In this document: positions 54,963 through 64,000 of the stretch, piece after piece | Numbering within the stretch: position 1 is the first letter of the stretch | Layout: every line of letters begins with the position of its first letter | Origin: Eledone cirrhosa | Lineage: Eukaryota | Assembly: GCA_964016885.1 (NCBI GenBank) | Contig: OZ024740.1 | Coordinates: 107,260,001-107,324,000, forward strand | Direction: 5' to 3' | Length of the DNA: 64,000 nucleotides | Made by a program: the position numbers and the translations under genes | The notes under the pieces: generated by a model | What the model was told of the DNA's origin: nothing | What the model saw: only the letters and a program-made list of their open reading frames with translations | The model's database searches: none

Positions 54963-57900
54963 CATCATCATCATCATCATCATCATCGTTTAACGTCCAT
55001 GTTCCACGCTTGCATGGGTTTGGACGGGAGTTTTCCCACTTGAGGCAAGAGTGATTGTCTTGCTCGCATAGGACTGTCTGGCGGGTTTTCTACAGCTGGA
55101 TGCCCTTCCTAACACCAACCACGTTTACAGTGTGGACTGGGAGGTTTTTACCGTGTTACCTACACGGCCACATTACAGCGTGGACTGTGTGTTTTTTTGT
55201 CGTGACACCTACACGATCTCATTTGTTTCGGCCTGGATGTTGTGGCACCAACATAACTTTACATTGAAAGGGGCGGTGTGGATGGGGTGGGGGTGGTGGG
55301 ATGGGGGTGTATTTTGTTAGAGGTGCCTACTGACTGTAGTAGGTTTTACTTTGTATTTAGGTAAGGCGGGTCTTCTCTATTACTGAGTACCGCTAAAGAT
55401 CTCGGTCCAGTGACATTGTCTTGGAGAGGTGTAAGTGTGTGAGGTCGGAATTTATCAAGTCGTCCCAGGTTTTTCTGGGTCTGCCTACTCCGTGGCTACC
55501 GTCTATTTTTATTGCCCTGCACTTTTTTATACAGCTGTCGTCTTTCATGCGCATCACGTGACCATACCAACGTAGCCTTCTCTCGAGTAAACAACATCTG
55601 ACCCCTCTTATTTCTAATTTTTCCCTTAGTTCGTTTATGCTTTGCCGTTCACGTATATTACTATTACACATCCAGCAGAGCATGCAAGCTTCGTTCCTCT
55701 GTAGTCTGCGTATATCCTCTGCACACAATGCCCAAGTCTCACTGCCATGCAACATTGCTGTTCGTATGCAGGCATCATACAACCTGCCTTTCATTTTTAG
55801 GGAGAACCCTTTAGCGGCTAATAGTGGTATAAGCTCTCTGAACTTTTTCCATCCAGTTCTGACTCTAGCTACTGTACTTTCAGAGCACCCTCCCCCACTG
55901 CTGATTTTGTCTCCCAGGTAACGGAAGCTGTCCACTATTTCTATAGAACCCTCTGCGCAATTGAAAGAGCTAGTATTTTGTGGTGACTTGCTGCTACTTA
56001 TTGCACCAGAGCACCGGCCACATGTAAAATCTATGTTCTTAGTTAGCTTACCTGTGATCCCACTACATCCTTTATGCACCCATACTTTGCATTTGGGACA
56101 TAAAATGAAGTTTCTACCTACGCCTTTCCTACACACTGAGCATGGCCATTTCCTGGAAGGGACCGGCGCCCTATTTTCTTTCCTACAAACTAGAACTTTA
56201 GTCTTAGCCAGGTTAATTTTAAGGCCTTTTGATTCTAGGCCGTGCTTCCATGTTTGGAATTTTTTCTCTAGCTCGCCATTGATTCAGCTATGAGTGTCAG
56301 GTCATCTGCGTATAGGAGTTCCCATGGGCAGCCGGTCTTGAACTCCACTGTTATAGCCCGAAGGGCAATAATTATTATTAGGGGGCTAAGAACAGAGCCC
56401 TGATGAATACCAACTTTTACGCTAAACTCTTCACTATATTCGTTGTTAATTCTAACCTTGCTGACTGTTTCTTTATACATGGCTTGTATAGCTCTCACAA
56501 GCCATTCATCAACACCTAGTTTTCTAAGAGCCCACCAGATAATGGAACGGGGGACTCTATCGAAGGCTTTCTCCAAGTCGACAAAAGCTAAGTATAGGGG
56601 TTTACTTTTAGCTAGGTACTTCTCCTGTAGTTGTTGTACAATGAAAAGAGCATCTGTGATACTTTTGCTTGACACAAACCCGAACTGCATTTCATCTAGA
56701 TAAATTCTCTCTCTGATTAGTTGCGCTATTACTTTTTCCGTGACCTTCATGACCTGGTCGATTAATTTAATGCTTCTATAGTTACTCCTATCTAGGGCAT
56801 CTCCTTTACCCTTGTAACAGTTAATGATGATGCTGCTACGCCAGTCCTTCGGAACAACCCCATTCTGTATGACTTGGTTTACTATCCGGGTGACCATGGT
56901 GTGTCCCACCATTCCAGAGGCTTTCAGCATCTCAGCAACTATTTCCGAAGGCCCAGCCGCCTTACCCGTCTTCATATCTTTGATTGCCTTACTTATTATA
57001 CTACCTTCGACTAACACTGCTGGTCCCTCTATTGGGTCGATGTGGGGGAGACTGTCTTTCTCCCATTTATTCTCCTCATTTAGTAGCCTTTCGTAGTGAC
57101 ACTTCCAAGCTACCTTCTTATCAGCGTCAGTGATGGCAAGTACGCCATCATCATTAAGTACACACTTCTCCCCGACAATATCACGGTTTTCCTTGACACA
57201 TTGCCTAGCAATCCTGAACACCTCACGTTTTTGGTCCTCGCGCTGTAGAACATGCTTGAACTTTCTTTCCTCTGCTTCCCTTCTTGCGAAGTACACTTGT
57301 CTCCTAGCCACTTGATAGTCTTCTCTACTTCCCCCATCCCGCCATACTTTCCAAGCCTGCTTTTTGGCCTTAATTGACTCCTCCACCACCATGTTTCTCT
57401 CCTCCTGCCTACAGGCCTGCTCCAGCCACAGACTTCGTCTGCTGCCATCAGCAGGTTTGCTTTCAGGAATTCCCACTGTTCCTCTAGATTGTATGACTCT
57501 AAATGCTCTTCCTTACTGTCGAAAGCATCAAGTAATATGCTTTTAAATTTATTTCTGGCTGTGGGGTCCTTTAGCTTCCATATTTTTCTCCTGAGGATAG
57601 TCCTCTTCTGCTGTCGAGTACGTCTCGTCCTGACTATGAGGTCGCTAATTATCAGTCTATGTTGGGAGGTGCATTCTTCATGGGGGAGGGATTTAGTGTT
57701 TACAACAGACACTCTGTCGCGTCTTCTGGTAAGGATATAATCTACCTGGCTGGTATGTTCCCCTGATCTGTAGGTGATCAAGTGATTGTCTCGTTTTTTG
57801 AAGTTAGTGTTACAGATAGTTAGGTTATTTGCATCACAGAATTCCAGGATTCTGGAGCCTTCCTCGTTTCTAGTACCAAACCCATAGCCTCCATGGATTC

Positions 57901-58700
57901 CGTCATAGCCGTCACAATGTTGTCCAATGTGACCATTTAGGTCGCCACCAATAATTATATAGTCACTGTCGGTTATTTGGGAGGTAGTGAGCATCAGTGT
58001 CTCATAGAATCTGTCTTTTATAGCGCCAGGCAGTCCGGATTGGGGCGCGTATGCAGATATTACTGTCACAGTAGTTCTATTTAGAACAAGTCTTATTTTA
58101 ATTATTGTCATTCACTCTATTTACATCTATTATCTTATCCACCCATTTTTCTGCTAACATGATTCCTACCCCACCCATCCCATTGTCATTTCCCACCCAG
58201 AAAAGCTTATAGCAACGTTTTTTACCCACAATGAATCTAGCAGACCCGCCCCTCCACCTGGTCTCTTGGATACAGCAAACATCAACCTCCTTACGTTCAA
58301 GCATTTCTACAACCTCATTAGAGCGGCCTTTTAAGGTGCCTACATTCATGGTACCAACTCTGAAGTTTTGGATTGTGTTTGGGGGATGGGGCGCAGGGAG
58401 GGGTGAGGGGCATGGGGTTGGGGTTATGTTGGCCATCCGCGGCCGAAACAAAGAGGAGGGGGCCTTGCCCTTTCGTCCGGCAGCATGAAGTGAATTTGTC
58501 GTTATCTTTGGCATTGTCATCGAGTGTCCAGATTCTTCAGACTCTCCAGAAATTCTTTAGTCCATCCATCATATCGAAAAGCAGCCAGAAGTGATAGCAT
58601 AGGCCGTTGACTTGTGATTGGTCCAAATAATAAAGGTGGAGAGTGGGGGCAGGAGGGAGGGGTATGGGGTAGTTAGCAAAGAGAAGATTATTTAGAACAA
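54963..58700 (-). mobile_element. Near-full-length frameshifted RTE, same family as 29423-33716
   Basis: ORF pieces 58098..58520, 57110..58111, 56268..57476 and 55393..56136 align to the 1060-aa protein; (CAT)n tail. Confidence 0.95.
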
Positions 58701-58719
58701 GCGTGGAGGAGATTATTTA

Positions 58720-61700
58720 GAACAGTGAGACAGAATTATAGGATAGCAACGATTGTAGATATATGGATGAATGAACCGAAGGTTGAGGAGACAAGAAGAA
58801 AATGTTATATTATACATTACATTTTCGTAGAAGTCGACTGACCACATAGGGTAATGCACAAACGTCAGGAAAATGAACAGTGCATGAGTCATGATATACA
58901 CATGTGTGTATGGAAGGGGGACATCAGGTGTAGTTTTGTCGAATTTTGGGAAGCATGAGGGTTTTAAAGGATGCAGTGTCTCGGCAGCTAACAACTGACG
59001 CAGGCAGTTTGTTCCATGCTTCAGCAACTCTGAGTGTGAAAAAATGTTTACGAAAGTCATGGGAGCTGTGCTGTTTTCTGACACATGGAAATCAAAAAGG
59101 TGCTCTGGATTGTTGTTGGCGAGATAGTTAATAACTTTGTAGGTGTTTACCAAGTCCATTGCCAGACGTCGGAGCTTCAATAAATCCATGCCCAGGGAGG
59201 CTAGGCATTCAGAGTATGGTAGGTGTCTGATGGAGGGTATGCGCTTGGTTGCACGTCTCTGAACAGTTTCCAGGAGGTCAATGTTCTGAGCAAGATAGGG
59301 GTTCCAGACTGATGATGCGAATTCCAAGTGTGGTCGTACCATAGCTGTATAAAGCTTTAAATAGATGGCTGGAGAGTGGCTAACAAAGGTCTTGCTGAGT
59401 GATGCGAAGACACCCTCGGCCTTCTTGACAATCTTAGAGACATGCTTTGTCCAACACAAATTGCTGCTGACAGTAATGCCCAGGTCACGTTCACAAGAAG
59501 ACTTCTTGATATCAGTGTTGTGGAGGGAGTATGTGGACGCTGGATTTTTCCTCCAAAAATGCATGGTGGTACACTTGTCCACAGCCAGCTTCAGTTGCCA
59601 GTCTGTGATCCATTGCTGCATTGTGTCCAGGTCTGATTGTAGGAAAGAGTTGTAGATTTCAGGATTAGTCCTTTTGATTTCAAGGTACAGCTTGATGTCA
59701 TCTGCAAATTTCAGTACCGTGGCATTCTTTAAGTTTGCATCTATGTCATTAATATATGCCACAAACAAAAGGGGACCAAGAACAGATCCCTGTGGTACAC
59801 CAGATGACATCTCATATGGTGAAGAATGCTGTCCTAGAACCGTGACTACCTCTTTTCGGCTGAGAATGAAGGATTTCAACCAGTTAAAAAGATCATCCCT
59901 CACACCCATTGCAGAGAGTTTTGCCATAAGTCTTTTGTGTGGAACAGAATTAAAAGCCTTAGCGAAGTCAAGGTAAACAACATCCACCCATGAGCCGCTG
60001 TCAGTGATCCGGGTAATGTCTTCAAGGAACTCGATAAGCTGATCACAGCAGCTGGAGTTAGGGGTAAATCCAAACTGCGAGGGCCGGATGAGGCTGTGAG
60101 AGCTCCAGAAGTTCCAAAGTGTTTCTCTGACACAGGATTCCATCAGTTTGGCAATACAGCTAGTAAGACTGACTGGACGATAGTTGACAGGTGACGTGCG
60201 GTCGCCCTTTTTGAACAGGGGAATGACACTGGCAGTTTTCCACTGCTCCGGAGTAGCACCATTGTTGAGACAGTATTGAAAGAAGAAAGCTGGTGCAAAA
60301 GGAAGTACCCGCCACATTTGAGAAGCAGGTATGTAACACCATCAAGACCAGGGGAGGCATAGTTGCGCTTATTCTTAAGGTGACGTCGCAACATTGCATG
60401 TGTAAATTCCATAGTTGTTATGGAATTTGATGTTAGAGAAAGGTGGAGATGGTACATTCTGGTTTTCAACAGTAAAAATGCTTGCATAGCACTCAGCAAT
60501 GAGTTCTGTGCATTCTTTGGGATCGTCAGTGTGGGGATTGTGAAGAGGACCAACTGGAGAGTGAGGTCTCTGCTTTGAATGAACATATTTCCAGAACACC
60601 TTACTGTCAGGATTGGTTGCTATGCACTGTTCAAATTCAAGCACTGCCTTTTTTGTCACTTGCTTGAGATGGTTGGAAGATTTATTCCGCTTTTTTCTGT
60701 TGGCATCTGATTTATGCAGTTTATATTCCCGTTCAGCGTTCCAACGTTCTTTCCTGGGAAGTCGGACCACTGAAGTTTCCCAAATTGCACTTTTGGGGTG
60801 GGTTTTTTTCTGCGTACGTGGCACCGATGTTGCACACGCTATCCATATTGAGTCCAGGATGCTCTGGAGTATAGTGTTCACATCTCCAGAGTTATAGAAC
60901 TCATACCAGTTTGGGCGCTGTAGCTCAGTGCAGTACAAGTTCCAATCTGCTTTCTTCCAATCAAAGCAAGCAGATTGGAGATGGTTCTGGTTTTTGTTGC
61001 TGCCCGCAAGAGCCAGATTGGCAATGATCATAGTATGATCAGAGTCCCCTAGAGGTTCCTCAGTAGTACAACTGATAACCACTTCAGGAGTAGTGGTGAA
61101 GATCAGGTCCAAAGTGTTGTCACCTCTTGTTGGAGAGGTGACTACTTGTGACCAGTTTGAGTCCAGCACTAGCTCAAGGAAATCGTTTGCAGTTTGTGGC
61201 CAATGAAAGGTTTCCCAATCGATCTCAGGATGATTGAAGTCACCTGCAATAAACACATAAGTGGCCGTTTTCCTGGCAGCAGCTCTGAGGATATCGCAAA
61301 GCTGTATGTCCTGATGGTAGTTTGGGGGGCGATAAACAACACCAAGCAGAAGTGTTGACATGGTCACACGTATGTCACAAAAAAAAACTTCTTGTGATTC
61401 GTTCAAATCAACGCAAAGAATTACAGAAAAGTTTGAACGAACGTAGACCATCTCACCAGCACCACGGCGAATAATGTGGTCCTTGCGGAAAAGGTTGTAC
61501 CCAGTAATGCTGAAAACCCCATCACAGAGTAAGGAATGTGCCCATGTTTCCGTGACTGTGATGAAGTCAGGGTCGATGCTTCTGACGTAGGAGTTAAACA
61601 GATGTATTTTGTTGCATAAACTGCAAGCATTTAAGGACAACAATTTGTACCCTGCTTGCAGTTTATGATGGTGTGTAGAGGATGGCAGGTTGTTCTGGTT

Positions 61701-61795
61701 TAGTTTCCCAGAGTTGTTGCAGTTTTTTCATTGCCAGTTATTGTGAGTAGAGCACACTCAGACAAGCTGGTATCTCTCTTCCACGTTTCACCAGC
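58720..61795 (-). mobile_element. CR1-group LINE, APE plus RT ORF with frameshifts
   Basis: SLNACSL, VTETW, VYRPP, GDFNHP, LDLI, SDH; NYRPVSLTS, YLDFAKAF, GVPQGSVLGPLLF, FADD, VRPHLEF, VQRRATK. Confidence 0.9.
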
Positions 61796-62325
61796 CTTAA
61801 CAAACCTCCAGATCTGCCCATCATCACGCAGACTAAAACTTTCATGATAATAATGACATGAGCATTCCATCTCCTCAAAAGAGTTCTAAAAGCCCAGTAA
61901 ATATAAAGATCTGATAATTAAAATTGAGAAAATGTGGCATCTTAAAGCCTGTACAATGCCAGTGATAGTCGGTGAACTTGGAATGATAAAAAAGGAAACT
62001 GAAAAATATCTGGACCAGATACCTGGAAAGCCATCTCTGCAAGAGATACAGAAAACAGTGCTGACTGGCACTATCCATGTAATGAGAAGGGCATTATCAA
62101 TTTAAAAACCTTGCAAAGACATTTACTGTTGTTTGTGCCTTTGTGACATCGTTTGAGTGACAATTGATTGTAAAATATGTGTATTAACACATTTTGCCTC
62201 AGGTGTCAGGTTGACACTCAGTATATTTTGGGAAAGAAGCAGAATTCAAAGGAAGTTTCAAGCAGCAGCAACAGCAGCAGCAGCAACAACAGTAGCAGTA
62301 GCAGCAACAACAAAAATAATAATAT
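61795..62325 (+). mobile_element. R4/Dong-like LINE 3' fragment
   Basis: Manual translation: KYKDLIIKIEKMWHLKACTMPVIVGELGMIKK...LQEIQKTVLTGTIHVMRRAL*; (CAG)/(AAT) tail. Confidence 0.75.
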
Positions 62326-62751
62326 AAGGGGTGTTACCTCAGTTCACTGGTAGTGAACATCTAACACTGTAATACATCTCCAATGTTAGAAGCTGAGCAA
62401 AGAAACAATAATAATAATAATAAATAACCAGAAGAAAAAATATCTTCCTTCAGAATCCAGAATTTATTTCATGTAAGAAGAAAACAGACTTAAATCTATG
62501 TTTTGTGGATTTCTTTACCTGTGCGGTGGTGGAACATAAGAGATGAGAAGGACGGATCACTAAGAAGTCAACTTATCTATCAGTAATTATGGTAAATATA
62601 TTTTAGCCCACTCTAAACACTTACAGATATGTGGAGATACATTATTGTCTGGTTCTCTATCTCACAGTCAATCTCTCTATATGTCTGTCTATTTATCTCC
62701 CTATCTGCTTATCTCTATATCAATTTATCTTTCTATCTGTCTATATTATTT

Positions 62752-62828
<77 letters not shown>

Positions 62829-63011
62829 ACGCTAATAGACAAGTGTAGATAAATTGTTGTTGATTTATTTATCTATATATATATATATATATATGTGTGT
62901 CTGTCTGTCAATCTATTTCCCTGATAGTCTGACAAGCTATCTGTCTCTATCTCACTGCCTATTTGTTTGACTATCCATCTGTTTATCCACACACTAATGT
63001 ATAAAGGAATT

Positions 63012-63310
63012 GTGAAGGTACATGGCTTAGTGGTTAAGGTGTTTAGCTTACAACCATAAAGTCATGAGTTTGATTCCTTGGCTGCGCATTTATTTGATGA
63101 TGCTCCAGACCACATTGCTGGTAAAAGTGAGTTCTGTCTGAATTCAGAAGACCAGCCTTGTCATTCACTGAGTCATGCTGAGTCTCACTGAGAACTACAT
63201 TAACAATACACATATGTGGAATGCTCAGCCACTTGCATGTCAATTTCACGAGAAGTCTGTTCCGTTATTTAAGCAACTGGTACACATGTTCGTCGCAACA
63301 GAGTTCCAAC
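63012..63310 (+). mobile_element. Degenerate tRNA-derived SINE
   Basis: GTGAAGGTACATGGCTTAGTGGTTAAGG (A box)...GAGTTTGATTCC (B box). Confidence 0.7.
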
Positions 63311-64000
63311 CCCATATATATGAATTACCTGCCTGGCTGTCTGCCCGTCTGTTTATCTGTCTGTCCATCTACACACTAACATGTGTGTAATTGAATGCAT
63401 ATTTAAGAATATTCATTTACAAAAATAACATACATTTATATATAAACACACACACATATAGACAATATATACATATGCATATATATATATACATCATCAT
63501 CACTGTTTTATGTCTATCTTCCATGCTTGCAATAAATATACATAAATATAAATACTTACATATATATATATATGTATATATATATATATTAGCAGTAACA
63601 CTGACACACCATCATTCATAATATTAGGGTGTATATGAAAGCATATACAGTAAATTTATGTATAATAAACATAAATATTTTGCTGTGGGAATTTTAACTG
63701 TGATCATTCTCATTTATGTGAGAATACCAAACACCAAACACAAATGTTCCAGGGTTTTATCCATCTTTAGTGATGCTTACGCATCAAAATAAGCTAATGG
63801 CTTATAAATAATACATTTTTGGAGATGCTCATTTGCATATAATGTGGGTTTGATGATCTAATGTTAATAAACAGTAACACAGTTAGTGGTTATGTTACAA
63901 CTAACTTAGTAGCTGACATAATCACTTAGTCAATGAGATGATGAAAGCATCTGGGGAAATTGTGGTAGTCACTGGCATAATACAAGATGGTGTCATACCC

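Overview
AT-rich, gene-poor eukaryotic (animal) DNA; the SINE/RTE/Penelope content and microsatellite load suggest an octopod cephalopod (inference). No host protein-coding gene is recognisable, and nearly all ORF-track entries are (TA)n/(CA)n translations or antisense shadows of transposon ORFs. The window is a retroelement graveyard embedded in kb-scale punctuated (TA)n arrays. It holds three Penelope-like elements (PLEs) with RT and/or GIY-YIG coding remnants plus many short PLE termini and fold-back hairpins. It also holds RTE-clade LINEs (one with an intact ~1060-aa APE-RT ORF carrying an internal PHD finger), two CR1-like LINEs, two R4/Dong-like 3' fragments, tRNA-derived SINEs and an internally deleted mariner. 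By eye I find about 15 type I hammerhead ribozyme (HHR) motifs, including a U3-A8 covariant core, several sitting inside non-coding fold-back mini-elements. One PLE has two overlapping frames joined at a U-UUU-UUA slippery heptamer. All alignments, identities and folds are by eye, and coordinates of degenerate elements are approximate.
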